From assembly GCA_963808125.1 (NCBI GenBank), contig CAWEEP010000042.1:510-64509 (forward strand): 64,000 nt of DNA, given 5' to 3'. The notes beneath the pieces are model-generated. The model was not told the origin of the DNA and ran no database searches. It saw only the letters and a program-made list of their open reading frames with translations. Below are positions 50,491-60,807 of the stretch, piece after piece (positions within the stretch are counted from its first letter, which is position 1; each line of letters begins with the position of its first letter). The DNA comes from Candidatus Dormiibacterota bacterium. Its GTDB lineage: Bacteria; Chloroflexota; Dormibacteria; Aeolococcales; Aeolococcaceae. Position numbers and translations under genes: made by a program.

Positions 50491-50493
50491 GCC

Positions 50494-51299
50494 ATGAAGA
50501 ATCTCCGTAACGCTCCGCGCGAGCTGCTGATCGCCCTCCGCGTCACCCTCGCCATTGCCGTCATCGGCGGCCTGATCTACCCGCTGGTCATGACCGGGGT
50601 CGCCCAGGTGGCCTTCCCCGGGCAGGCCAACGGCGGCCTGATCACGAACTCCAGCGGCACCGTCATCGGGGCGAATCTCATCGGCCAGTGCTTCTACGAG
50701 ACGACCCAGGAGTCGTCGGGCGCAGGTCGTCTACGACACCGTCCAGTACAAGGGAAGAGCTCGACACCGTCGACCCCCGCTACTTCCAGGGGCGCCCCTC
50801 GTACACCGTGGCGACCAGCCCCAGCGGTGCTGAGGAGGTCGTCCCCCTCGACCCGCCGTGCAATCCCGCGTCGTCGCAGGGCAGCAACCTCGGGCCGAGC
50901 AACTCGCTGCTGATCAACCGCGTCGACACCTACGCCGCCTACCTGCACTGCGTGGGCATCGACACCAGTGGGACCTACACCGCGGCCCAGCTCCAGGCGG
51001 CGGCGACCGACCCCGGCCACAACTGCCTGAACACCGGCGCCACCACGACGCCGATTCCCATCGACCTCGCCACCGGCGACTTCACCAGCTTCGATCCCGA
51101 CATCAGCGAGGCCGCGGCCCTGGCCCAGGTGGACATGGTGGCGGCGGCCCGGGGGCTCGACCCGGCGAAGGTGCATTCGCTGGTGGAGGCCAACGTGACT
51201 GGACGCGTCCTGTGGATCTTCGGCGAGCCGGTGGTCGACGTCCTCCAGCTCAACCTCGCGCTGAACCAGCAGTTCGGGCAGCCGCCCTCGCTGGGCTGA
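50494..51299 (+). CDS. kdpC: K+-transporting ATPase subunit C with insertions (frameshifted)
   Basis: [63 protein letters not shown]. Confidence 0.9.
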
Positions 51300-51485
51300 G
51301 GATCGCCGGGCCGGCGCCCGGCCGTCTGTCCCACATCCCCGCCCGTCGCACGGTGCACACCATCCCCGACACGAGCCCCGAGAGGGGGGCGCCCGGGCGG
51401 GGAGGCGGCCGAGGGGCTGCGACGGCCGCGGGGGTGGGGAACGCCCGCGGCGACGGCGGGTGGCGACGGATGCGACACTGGTGGG

Positions 51486-53672
51486 GTGACCATCACGGCC
51501 GCTGACCCAGCCCCCCTGCCGGCTTCCGACCCACCGTCTCGCCGCGGCCGGCTCAAGGTCTATCTCGGGGCCATCTCGGGCTCGGGGAAGACCTTCGCCA
51601 TGCTCCGCGAGGGGCGGGATCGGCGCGGCGACGGCGAGGACGTTGTCGTGGGCTTCGTCGAGACCCACGGTCGCATCCGCACCGCCGAGGCGGTGGGCAC
51701 CCTCGAGGTGGTGCCGCGCCTCGAACTCCCCTACAAGGGGACGATCCTCTCGGAGATGGATGTGGACGCCGTGATGGCCCGGCGGCCCCAGGTCGCCCTC
51801 ATCGACGAGCTGGCGCACAGCAACGTCCCCGGGGTGAGCCACCCGAAGCGATGGATGGACATCGAGGACATCCGGGACAGCGGCATCGATGTCATCACCA
51901 CCATGAACATCCAGCATCTCGAGTCGGTCAAGGACGTCGTCGAGCGCATCACCGGCATCACCGTGCACGAGACCGTACCCGACGCCGTGCTCGACCGGGC
52001 CGACGAGGTGCAGTTCATCGACATCACCCCCGAGGCACTGCGCAAGCGGATGCGCCACGGCAATGTCTACCCCCTGGAACGGGTGGACACGGCGCTGCGC
52101 AACTTCTTCCGCCCCGGCAACCTGGCGGCACTCCGCGAGATCGGCCTTCGCCTCGTCGCCGAAAGGGTCGGCGGGGACCGCGGCGGCGTGCAGAGTGCGC
52201 CAGAGGACGTCCTGGTCGCCGTCGCCGGACCCGCGTCGGCCGAGGCCCTGATCCGCCGCGCCGTGCGCCTCGCCCGCCGGCGGCGCGGCCTCTGCACGGT
52301 GGTGCACGTCCGCACCTTCCACCCCTTTCCCGGCGCGATCCCCGACGACGGTGCCTGGCGTGACCTGGCGGCGGAGCTGCAGACGGCGGTGATCGAGCCG
52401 GAGGCCGAGGACATCGCCGCCACCCTGGTGGCGATCGCGCGTGAGCGGGGGAGCCGCCACGTGGTGGTGGGGGAGCCGCGCCCGCGGGGGCTGATCGCCG
52501 GGCTGCGCCCCTCCCTCGTCGACCGCATCATCGAGGCGCTGCCCGACGTCGACGTCCATGTGATCGCCCGCTATGCCGCGGTGCCCAGCGCCCCCCTGGG
52601 GCGGCCCGACCCGGACTTGCTGCTCGCCGGCATGCCCGGCGTCCGGCCGCGGGGCGGGCTGCGCCTCTATGTCGGCTACGCGCGGGGGACCGGCGCCACC
52701 ATGGCGATGCTGGACGAGGCCCGGCGCCGCGCCGAGCGTGGCACCGATGTCGTGGTCGGGGCCGTCAGCGGCGGGGGCGCGGCCACCCTGGGGAGCCTCA
52801 ACCTGCTGGGCGGCCGGTCGTCCCCCGCCGCCCGCGGGCTGCTCGACGTCGACGCCCTGCTCTCCCGCAACCCCGAGGTCGTCGCCGTCGACGACCTCAC
52901 CGGCCCCACCACGTCGGGTCAGATCGTCGCCCTCCTCCTCCCCCGCATCCGTGCCGCCGGGATCACCGTCATCGGGACCGTCCACATCGCCGACCTGCGC
53001 AGCACCGTCGCCGTCATGGGCACGGTGATGCGCCGCGCCGCGGGGCGCCCGCTGCTCGACGACACCGCCTTCGACGCCGCGGACGAGGTCGAGTTGGTCG
53101 ACGTTCCTCCGGCGGAGCTCGAGGAGCGCCTGCGCCAGGGCGAGATCATGCCGCCGCCGGACGCGCTGCAGGCCCTGCAGGGTGAGTTCCGCCCCGAGGT
53201 GCTGTCGGCGCTCCGCGAGACGGCGTTCCGCCGGGTCGCCCAGCATTGCGACCGCCGCCTCGTCACCTACATGAGCTCCGCCCGTATCCAGGAGCCCTGG
53301 GAGGCACGACCGCGCGTGCTCGTCCTCGTGCCCCCCCGGCCCGGCCAGGACGTCCTCATCCGTCGCGCCGCCTTCCACGCCGCCTATCGCGACGACGCGC
53401 TGACCGCGGTGTCGGTGCGCCGCCGGCGGCGCAGCGACGAGCAGAAGCTGCTCCTTGGGGGCTATACGACGCTGACCCACCAGCTGGGTGGCGAGATGGT
53501 GACCATCGACGGCGACGACGTGGCTCGCGCCATCGCCGACTACGCCCGCAACCACCGGATCACGGAGATTCTGGTGCTGCGCAGCGCCAAGCACAAGACA
53601 TCGAGGACGCTGCGGCGCCTCATCCGGTTGGTGGACAACGTCGACGTCCACGTCTTCGCCGCCGAGGGCTGA
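51486..53672 (+). CDS. Soluble KdpD-N/USP tandem-duplicated protein (no TM or kinase domain)
   Basis: GRLKVYLGAISGSGKTFAML..DELAHSN..LRE, then a USP-like domain, a second degenerate KdpD-N (LRLYVGYARGTGATMAML..LSALRE) and a second USP-like domain. Confidence 0.85.
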   Translation: MTITAADPAPLPASDPPSRRGRLKVYLGAISGSGKTFAMLREGRDRRGDGEDVVVGFVETHGRIRTAEAVGTLEVVPRLELPYKGTILSEMDVDAVMARRPQVALIDELAHSNVPGVSHPKRWMDIEDIRDSGIDVITTMNIQHLESVKDVVERITGITVHETVPDAVLDRADEVQFIDITPEALRKRMRHGNVYPLERVDTALRNFFRPGNLAALREIGLRLVAERVGGDRGGVQSAPEDVLVAVAGPASAEALIRRAVRLARRRRGLCTVVHVRTFHPFPGAIPDDGAWRDLAAELQTAVIEPEAEDIAATLVAIARERGSRHVVVGEPRPRGLIAGLRPSLVDRIIEALPDVDVHVIARYAAVPSAPLGRPDPDLLLAGMPGVRPRGGLRLYVGYARGTGATMAMLDEARRRAERGTDVVVGAVSGGGAATLGSLNLLGGRSSPAARGLLDVDALLSRNPEVVAVDDLTGPTTSGQIVALLLPRIRAAGITVIGTVHIADLRSTVAVMGTVMRRAAGRPLLDDTAFDAADEVELVDVPPAELEERLRQGEIMPPPDALQALQGEFRPEVLSALRETAFRRVAQHCDRRLVTYMSSARIQEPWEARPRVLVLVPPRPGQDVLIRRAAFHAAYRDDALTAVSVRRRRRSDEQKLLLGGYTTLTHQLGGEMVTIDGDDVARAIADYARNHRITEILVLRSAKHKTSRTLRRLIRLVDNVDVHVFAAEG

Positions 53673-53706
53673 GGCGCGCCGTCCCCTGACCCGCCCCGGC
53701 CGACCG

Positions 53707-54489
53707 TCAGCCGCCGGGTTCGACCGCCACGTTCCCCGAATCCACCCAGATCGAGACCGACTGTGCCGAGGTCGGGTCCGTCGGCACTTCGATGGACGTG
53801 CTCCCCGAGTTCGAATGGGCGTCCACGGCATACGCGAGACCTTCTGTCGGCAGTGTCAGGACGACGTTCCCGGAATCGTCCTGCACTGTCACGCTGGACG
53901 GTGCCTGAGAGAAGCTCAGCGTCACGTCTCCGGAGTTGGCGCCGGCGTTGACGGTGGCGGCATCCATGGCGGCGGCCGTGATGTCCCCCGAGTTGGTCGT
54001 CAGGTGTTCGTTGCCCGAGCCGCCATTGACCTGCAGGTTGCCGGAGTTGGCGGCGAGGGTGAGGTTGCCGAGGTTCGTCGCAGTGATGTTCCCGGCGTCG
54101 GTCGACGCGTCGACCGCGACTCCCGAGGGGATCGCGACGGCGAGGTCGACCGAGCACTGGTCGCCCAGGAACCATGAGCAGCTGGCGCTGATCGAGACCC
54201 CGGCACCGGTGGTGGTGATGTCGACCGTCGGACGCACCAGGCCGTACCGGGCGACGCCGGTCAGCTCGACCTCGCCGTCGTTGCTGGGGGTGAGGGTGAT
54301 GTTGCCGGCGTTGACCGAGACGCTCACCTGGCTGCCGCTCGGGGCGAGGTCGCGGTGGAACTGGAAGCTGCTGGCGCTGACCAGCGCGACGGCGTTCAGC
54401 GCGCCCCAGCCGATCACGGCCAGGGCGAGAGGAACGCCGACGACGAGGGCGGTGAGCCGGCCCGTGGTGAGGGGCGGGGGATTGGACAC
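53707..54489 (-). CDS. DUF4097-like beta-repeat membrane-anchored protein
   Basis: N-terminal TM and repeated (N/D)SG(N/D) motifs. Lies downstream of the NarL-type two-component system. Confidence 0.75.
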   Translation of the reverse strand: MSNPPPLTTGRLTALVVGVPLALAVIGWGALNAVALVSASSFQFHRDLAPSGSQVSVSVNAGNITLTPSNDGEVELTGVARYGLVRPTVDITTTGAGVSISASCSWFLGDQCSVDLAVAIPSGVAVDASTDAGNITATNLGNLTLAANSGNLQVNGGSGNEHLTTNSGDITAAAMDAATVNAGANSGDVTLSFSQAPSSVTVQDDSGNVVLTLPTEGLAYAVDAHSNSGSTSIEVPTDPTSAQSVSIWVDSGNVAVEPGG

Positions 54490-54500
54490 GGTGGAATCCC

Positions 54501-55139
54501 TCAGTTGTCGAGATAGCGGAGCACGGCGAGCACCCGACGGTGGTCGGTGTCGGCAGGGGCGAGGCCGAGCTTGCCGAAGATGCTGTTGATGTACTTCTCG
54601 ACCGCGGCGGTCCCGATGCTCAGCGCCGCGGCGATGGCGGCGTTGGAGCGGCCCTCGGCCATGAGGCCGAGGACGCGGCGCTCTCGCGGCGTCAGCGACG
54701 CCAGCGGGTTGCGGCTGCGCGCCAGAAGCTGGGAGACCACCTCGGGGTCGAGCACGCTCGCCCCGCCGGCGACGCGGCGGAGCGCGTCGATGAACTCGCC
54801 AACATCGGCCACGCGATCCTTGAGGAGATAGCCGACCCCGCCCCGGCGCTCCGTCACCAGCTCGGTCGCGTACCGCTCCTCGACATACTGCGAGAGGACC
54901 AGCACGCCCACCGAGGGCCACTGGCGCCGCACCACCAGCGCGGCTCGGAGGCCCTCGTCGGTGAAGGTCGGCGGCATGCGCACGTCGACCACGACGACGT
55001 CGGGTCGCTGCGCATCCACGGCGCGGAGGAACGCCTCCGCATCGCCGGTGGCGGCGACCACATCGAAGCCGGCCTCCACCAGCAGGCGCGAAAGCCCCTC
55101 GCGCAGGAGGACGGAGTCCTCGGCGATCACGATGCGCAT
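54501..55139 (-). CDS. NarL/LuxR-family response regulator
   Basis: MRIVIAEDSVLLREGL, DVRMPPT, LTPRE..LMAEGRSN..IFGKL. Confidence 0.95.
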   Translation of the reverse strand: MRIVIAEDSVLLREGLSRLLVEAGFDVVAATGDAEAFLRAVDAQRPDVVVVDVRMPPTFTDEGLRAALVVRRQWPSVGVLVLSQYVEERYATELVTERRGGVGYLLKDRVADVGEFIDALRRVAGGASVLDPEVVSQLLARSRNPLASLTPRERRVLGLMAEGRSNAAIAAALSIGTAAVEKYINSIFGKLGLAPADTDHRRVLAVLRYLDN

Positions 55140-56422
55140 GGCAGTTCCACCTGGATGACAGTCGGCCCACCGGCGGGGCTGTCGACGCGGAGATCCCCAT
55201 CGATCCCGGAGATGCGGTCGGCGAGGCCGGAGAGCCCGCCGCCGCCGGGATTCGCGCTGCCGATGCCGTCGTCGCGGACGACGATGCGCAGCACCCCGCC
55301 CGCCTTGCGGATGTCGACGGAGGCATGCTTCGCGTGGGCGTGCTTGGCGACGTTGGTCAGAGCCTCGGCCACCACGAAATACGCGATGGACTCGACGGTG
55401 AGCGAGGGACGCTCGGCGACCTCGACGCTGACCGTAACGGGGACAGGGCAGAGGGCGGCCAGGCCGGAGACCGCGGCGTCGAGGCCCCGGTCGGTGAGCA
55501 CCGGGGGGTGGACGCCGCGGACGAGGTGCCGCAGCTCCGCCAGCGCCTCCTTGGCCTCGGCGTGGGCGCGGTCGATGAGGTCGCGGGCACCTTCGGGGTC
55601 GCTGTCGAACTTGGCCTTGGCCCGCCCGAGCTCCATGGCGACGGAAACCAGCCGTTGCTGGGCGCCGTCGTGGAGGTCGCGTTCGATGCGGAGACGCTCG
55701 GTTTCGGCGGCGCCCACGACGCGGGCACGACTGTCCTCGAGCTCGGCCACCCGGCGGGTGAGGGCACCCGACCCGGGGCCCAGCAGGGCGCGGGCCAGCG
55801 CCGTCTCGACCGAGGCGAGGCCCCGGACCACGAGTGGGGCGACGAGCAGGAGGATCAGCCCGGCCAGGGCGGCGCAGGTCAGCGCCAGCGGCCCGCGGGC
55901 GACGCCGATGGTGGCGCCCCCGCCGGGCAGCGCGGCGTCGTAGACGGGCAGGGTCACCAGCGCGAGCGAGACGGCCCAGACCGTCATGACGAGGCTGAAG
56001 TCGATGACGCCGACAGGGAGCCAGAGCACGCAGTAGGCGAGCTGGCGCCACGTCGTCCGCGTCCGGAACGGCTGGATGAGGCGCCGCCACCACTCGCCCT
56101 CCGGCGCGGGGGTGGCCGGGGTCTGGATCGTCTCGCCGAGCAGGAGGGCGAAGCGGGCGCGTTCGAACTGGGCGATCGCGGTGATCATCCAGGCGGTGGC
56201 GGCCAGCACGGGGATGCCGAAGAGGAAGAGAGGCAGGAGCCCGATGCCCAGGGACACCCCCGTCACCACCAGGCTGAAGATGATGACGGCGACGGGGAGC
56301 CCGGCGAGGAGGTGGATGGTCGCCAGCCACGTCCGCGACGAGACGATGGCGGCCGGCAGCCGCCAGACGTCTCTGGCGTGGACGGGTTCCCCCGCCTGGC
56401 GTGCAACGGTGCTATCGGGCAT
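55127..56422 (-). CDS. HisKA_3 membrane sensor histidine kinase
   Basis: ERLRIERDLHDGAQQRL, EALTNVAKHA, DDGIG, GLSGLADR. Confidence 0.95.
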   Translation of the reverse strand: MPDSTVARQAGEPVHARDVWRLPAAIVSSRTWLATIHLLAGLPVAVIIFSLVVTGVSLGIGLLPLFLFGIPVLAATAWMITAIAQFERARFALLLGETIQTPATPAPEGEWWRRLIQPFRTRTTWRQLAYCVLWLPVGVIDFSLVMTVWAVSLALVTLPVYDAALPGGGATIGVARGPLALTCAALAGLILLLVAPLVVRGLASVETALARALLGPGSGALTRRVAELEDSRARVVGAAETERLRIERDLHDGAQQRLVSVAMELGRAKAKFDSDPEGARDLIDRAHAEAKEALAELRHLVRGVHPPVLTDRGLDAAVSGLAALCPVPVTVSVEVAERPSLTVESIAYFVVAEALTNVAKHAHAKHASVDIRKAGGVLRIVVRDDGIGSANPGGGGLSGLADRISGIDGDLRVDSPAGGPTVIQVELPCAS

Positions 56423-57043
56423 GTCCCAAGGGTACGGAGAGGGAGTCCCGTCTGCCCATCCCGCCAGCCCACGACTTTGCCAGGGGGTTCGCCCTACCCC
56501 TCTCAGGTGCCTGGTGACGTGCAGCGTCCGGGCGGATGGGCCGAGACGTCGCGCGTTCGCCGCCCGACGGCACCGCCCCTGCCGCTCATCGACCACCATG
56601 GCAGCGGTGGCGACCGGGTCTCGCGGAGACGTCAGCTGGGCGTCAGCAAGGCGCGGGTGGTGAAGTCCCGGGTGATCGCCGGTGCAGACATCCCCTTCCC
56701 CGGCGGGAGCACGCAGGTCTCCTCGGACGCGCCGTCACTCTGCGTGGAACCGGTGGACGGCGTCCAGTCGTCGAGGACGACGCCGGGGGCGGGATGCGTT
56801 CCACCCGCGTCGGGTAGCCGTGTCCAGGGAGCCGCGACGCTGCGTCCGTCCTGGACTCTGGAAAGGCTGGATGGGCGAGGAACCGTCCAAGCCCGCCGGG
56901 AGCGACAGCCATGAGCGAGGCTCCGCAGGGGTGTTCCCAGCGGGTAACGCGGTGAACCCAGTGCTCCATCGGAACTGGCTTCCGCCTCGCGGTGACCCTA
57001 GCCTGACGAGTTAGCCCAAGCGCTCTGGGGAGGAGCCCTGACC

Positions 57044-58027
57044 GTGGTGGCCCAGCGGATCTGTCCGGCGTGTGGAACCGCCAACTCCACGCTCGCGCCC
57101 GTCTGTCGGGCCTGCTCGATCCAACTCCTGGCGCGGCCCATGCCCGATGACCCCGCTGGGGGCGACGCCTTCCACAGCGACGATGACCGGACTGCCAGTC
57201 CGATCCCGCTCGGGCCGCCGCCGCCTCCTGAGGCGCTCCCGCATCCCGGCGCAGGCCGGGACAGCGCCCCGGCACCCGCCCCGCCCGTTCCCGGCCCGCG
57301 CGCCGGCGGACCCGGTTGGGGCGTCCGCGACCAGAGGCCGGCCCCCGGTCTGGACTGGGACCTGCCGCCGCATCCCGCCGGCACCGTCGCGCCCACCGAA
57401 TCCGGACAAGCCTCCAACCCGGCTGCCGGGTCGGGACCGGATCCAGCGCGGCGATCACGGACCGGGCTGGGTGCCTTCCTCGCCCTCGCCCTCATCATCG
57501 CCGTGGCGGCGGGTGCCGCCATCACCCTGTGGCCGGGCTCGAATTCCGGGCTCGGCTCCGGCACGCACGGGGTGAGTGCGCCACTCACGCTGGGAGGCTT
57601 CGCCCAGAACTCCAACCCGGAGCTCCAGTCCGTCGGACTGACGCTCCAGTCCGAACTCCAGGCGGACTCCGCATCGACGACAGGCGGGCTGCTGCAGACT
57701 GTGACCGCCTTCTACGGGTCGACGGACAGGACTGGCACCGGAATGAATCCCGACTACCTGTTGTTCATGATGAGTTTCCGTGGGCAACTCACTGCCTCCG
57801 ATCTCACCACCATGGCCAATGGCGTCATCGACTCGGGCTCCACATCGGTTGAGACGCGGAACGGAGTCAGCTTCTACTGCGGAACGACCATGGGCGGGGA
57901 CGTCTTGCCGTCGGCCTGTGTCTGGGTCGACGGCAACGTGCTAGGTGTGGTCGAGGGGGCCGCCCGCGGCGGTTCATCCGCCACGCTGGCCGCGGCCGAG
58001 GACGCGCGCGGCAGCGCCGAGCACTGA
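57044..58027 (+). CDS. Zinc-ribbon, Pro-rich, single-TM protein with an extracellular domain
   Basis: CPACG..CRAC N-terminus, Pro-rich linker, one TM and an AGGAG RBS. Confidence 0.7.
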   Translation: MVAQRICPACGTANSTLAPVCRACSIQLLARPMPDDPAGGDAFHSDDDRTASPIPLGPPPPPEALPHPGAGRDSAPAPAPPVPGPRAGGPGWGVRDQRPAPGLDWDLPPHPAGTVAPTESGQASNPAAGSGPDPARRSRTGLGAFLALALIIAVAAGAAITLWPGSNSGLGSGTHGVSAPLTLGGFAQNSNPELQSVGLTLQSELQADSASTTGGLLQTVTAFYGSTDRTGTGMNPDYLLFMMSFRGQLTASDLTTMANGVIDSGSTSVETRNGVSFYCGTTMGGDVLPSACVWVDGNVLGVVEGAARGGSSATLAAAEDARGSAEH

Positions 58028-58071
58028 GCGTCGGGTGCGGCCCCGGATCAGATTCGCTGGATCGCGGGGGC

Positions 58072-59253
58072 TCAGGCCGCCGGCAGGGTGAAGGCGAAGC
58101 AGCCTCCCTCGCCGGCCGCCGGGTCCTCGACCCACACTCGCCCGGCGTGGGCCTCGACGAGCCCCCGGACGATGGCCAGACCAAGGCCCGTGCCGCCCAC
58201 CGTTGGGGCCTGGTCGCCGTTGCCGGCGCCGGCGTCGGGCCCGCGGACGAAGCGCTCGAAGATCCGCTCCCGCAGCTCCGCCGCTACTCCCGGTCCCTGG
58301 TCGACGACCCGGGTGACCACCATCGACCGCTTCCCCGGCGCCGCCTCCAGGGCGATCGGCGTCCCCGGCGGGGCGTGGCGGTCCGCGTTGCGCAGCAGGT
58401 TGTCCAGGATCTGGCCAAGCCTGTCCCAATCCGCCAGGACCTCGAGGTCGCCCTGGGGGAGTTTGACGTCCACGGCGCGTTCCGGCGAGGCCCGGCGCAG
58501 ACGAGCGGCCGCCGCCGACAGCGCCTCGCCGAGGTCGATGTCCACGGCGTTGAGGGTGAGCGCATGGCCCTCGATCCTCGCCATGTCGAGGAGGTCGGAG
58601 ACGAGCCTCTCCAGACGCCGGGCCTCACGGGCCACGGCCTCGACGTCCGGACGCAACGGCTGGGCCAGAGCCGGGTTCTCCAGCAGGTCGGTGGCTCCGA
58701 TGAGGATGCTGCCGAGGGGTGTGCGCAGTTCGTGGGAGACGTTGGCGAGTAGGTCGGTGCGGAGCCGGTCGGACTCCTCGAGGACCCGGACCTGCTGTTG
58801 CGTCTGTGCGAGGCGCACCGCCACCGCCGCTGACTCCGCCTGCTCGCGGTTCAGCCGTTCCAGCTCGACGTTGACCTGGCCGAGCTGGGCGGCCAGGCGC
58901 TCCGCCTCGAGCTGGGCGCGGCGGCGTCGGGAGCCGAGGCCTCCGACCACACCGGCGACGGCCAGGAAGACCAGCAGGTTGACGACGTCTCCTGTGCTGG
59001 CGATGGCGAGCTGGTGAAAGGGCGGGACGAAGTAGTAGTCGACGAGGAGGAAGCTGGCCGCCGCCGCGACGATGGCCGGCCCCAGCCCGCTCAGCAGTCC
59101 GAGGGACGCCACCAGGACGACGTAGAGCAGGGCCCAATCGTTCGAACCGCTGCGTGGGAGCAGGCTGAGGAGCATGGTGAGGAGCGCCGGTCCGACCAGT
59201 GCCGCCGTGAAGCCGGCGAGGGCACCGAGATGGCCGTGGCGGGCCACCATCAT
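58072..59253 (-). CDS. KdpD-like membrane sensor kinase (DUF4118 + HisKA + HATPase) lacking the KdpD N-terminal domain
   Basis: 4 TM with DYYFVPPF, SHELRTPL, NLLRNA, DQGPG, GTGLGL. Confidence 0.85.
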   Translation of the reverse strand: MMVARHGHLGALAGFTAALVGPALLTMLLSLLPRSGSNDWALLYVVLVASLGLLSGLGPAIVAAAASFLLVDYYFVPPFHQLAIASTGDVVNLLVFLAVAGVVGGLGSRRRRAQLEAERLAAQLGQVNVELERLNREQAESAAVAVRLAQTQQQVRVLEESDRLRTDLLANVSHELRTPLGSILIGATDLLENPALAQPLRPDVEAVAREARRLERLVSDLLDMARIEGHALTLNAVDIDLGEALSAAAARLRRASPERAVDVKLPQGDLEVLADWDRLGQILDNLLRNADRHAPPGTPIALEAAPGKRSMVVTRVVDQGPGVAAELRERIFERFVRGPDAGAGNGDQAPTVGGTGLGLAIVRGLVEAHAGRVWVEDPAAGEGGCFAFTLPAA

Positions 59254-59639
59254 GATGGGTGGCTCCCGTCCAGCTCCTGGTTGAGCGCCCGCGCGTGGCG
59301 GCGGAGGCGCCGGGCCCGCACCGTCCGGCGGATGCGCAGGACCTCGGGCACCGCCGTGACGGCGCAGATCGCCGCCAGCACGGTGGTTGCGATCCCCAGC
59401 CACAATGGGCCGAGGAGCAGCACCGTGATCCCGGCCACGGCGAGGATCCCGCAGGCCGCGGTGAGGCCGACGACGACGGTGCTGTGGGCGGCGATCAGGG
59501 CGGGCTCCCTGGTGGCGGCGACCGTCTTCCGGATTCCGGCCATGTCCACCGGCTGAGGCTGGCGGCCCGTGGCGCGCGAAAAGCGACGGACCAGGGTTCG
59601 GAGCACCAGCGATGTGAGTAGGGACATGGGCCAGGGCAC
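59250..59639 (-). CDS. Small two-TM membrane protein coupled to the kinase
   Basis: Two hydrophobic helices. ATGA overlap with the kinase gene. Confidence 0.5.
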   Translation of the reverse strand: MPWPMSLLTSLVLRTLVRRFSRATGRQPQPVDMAGIRKTVAATREPALIAAHSTVVVGLTAACGILAVAGITVLLLGPLWLGIATTVLAAICAVTAVPEVLRIRRTVRARRLRRHARALNQELDGSHPS

Positions 59640-59683
59640 GTGCCCATGCTACATTCGCCAGTCAAACGATCCGGAGGAATGAG

Positions 59684-59914
59684 ATGGTCCGCGCCTACGT
59701 CCTCATCGGCGTCACCGCCGGGAAGGCTCTCGAGGTTGTGCACAAGCTGCAGGGTCAGGAGGGCATCCTCCAGGCCGATGCCATCACGGGCGAATACGAC
59801 GTCATCGCCCGAGCCGAGGCCGACGACGTCGCCGGCATCGGCAAGCTGATCGTCGAGAAGATCCAGGCGGCCGACGGAGTCTTCAAGACCATCACCTGCC
59901 TTGTCGTGCAGTAG
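59684..59914 (+). CDS. Stand-alone Lrp/AsnC ligand-binding (RAM) domain
   Basis: MVRAYVLI..ITGEYDVIA..IQAADGVFKTITC. RBS GGAGG. Confidence 0.88.
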   Translation: MVRAYVLIGVTAGKALEVVHKLQGQEGILQADAITGEYDVIARAEADDVAGIGKLIVEKIQAADGVFKTITCLVVQ

Positions 59915-59938
59915 GCCGGCGCGCGCACCCGGCGGCCG

Positions 59939-60796
59939 GTGACGGCCGGCCGGGCGCCCGGCGGTCTGCGCGCGTTTGCCGGCTTCTGCGCCGACTCCGC
60001 CGGTCGTCTCCGCCACAGCCCGAGCCTGCGTCGATCACTCGCGCTATGGCTTGTCATCGGCCTGCTCGGCACTGAGGCGCTCAGCCTTGCCGTCGCCGGC
60101 CTCCACGGCGGCGGTTGGGCCACGGCCAGTCTCGGCACCGTCGGCTGGTGGGCGCTGATCGCCCTGGTCATGGCGGGCGGGGCCGCCATGCTCGAGCGCC
60201 CCGACGGGGTCGCCGTCGAGGCGTACGGGGTGCCCAACGGTCTCTCGGCGCTCCGCGCCTGGTTCTGCCTGCCGCTCCTCCTCTGTGCCACCTGGTCGCT
60301 GCCGGGGAGGCTCGGCTTCGTGCTCTGGGTGACCGTCGGCGGCGCCGTCGGCATGCTCGACTTCGTGGACGGATTCGTGGCCCGCCGCTTCGGCCCGGTC
60401 ACCAAGCTGGGCAAGGCCATCGACCCGGCGATGGACGTCCTCTTCTTCAGTGTCGGAGCGGTCGGCAGCGCCCACCTCGGGATCCTCACCTGGTGGCTCG
60501 CCGCCCTGATCCTCTTCCGCTACCTGGCGCCGCTCCTGCTCACCCCCGTCGTCTTCCTTCTCGGTCGCCGGCCCGAGCTGGTCCACACCGTCTGGGGACG
60601 CCGCAGCACGGCCCTCATCGGTCTCGTCCTCATCATCTCGATGCTGGTCCACGTTGCCGGCGGCCCGGTGGCCCTCATCGACGCGGCGGTGGGCCTGCCC
60701 CTTCTCGTCCCCACCTGCCTGCTCCACTTCGCGGCCCTGGTGCGGCGCGTTGCCGGCGCCCCCGCCGCCGGGCACGCCCAGCTTCTCCCCTCATAA
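59939..60796 (+). CDS. CDP-alcohol phosphatidyltransferase
   Basis: PNGLSALR, DFVDGFVARRFGPVTKLGKAIDPAMD. Confidence 0.9.
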   Translation: MTAGRAPGGLRAFAGFCADSAGRLRHSPSLRRSLALWLVIGLLGTEALSLAVAGLHGGGWATASLGTVGWWALIALVMAGGAAMLERPDGVAVEAYGVPNGLSALRAWFCLPLLLCATWSLPGRLGFVLWVTVGGAVGMLDFVDGFVARRFGPVTKLGKAIDPAMDVLFFSVGAVGSAHLGILTWWLAALILFRYLAPLLLTPVVFLLGRRPELVHTVWGRRSTALIGLVLIISMLVHVAGGPVALIDAAVGLPLLVPTCLLHFAALVRRVAGAPAAGHAQLLPS

Positions 60797-60807
60797 TCGG
60801 TCACGGC

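Noticed and set aside
51300-51485. GC-rich possible long hairpin between kdpC and the KdpD-like gene
   Set aside because: The pairing is imperfect and expected by chance at this GC content, and no second copy was found.
50694-53831. 1045-aa minus-strand ORF
   Set aside because: Antisense shadow of kdpC and the KdpD-like gene in GC-rich DNA, with no motifs.
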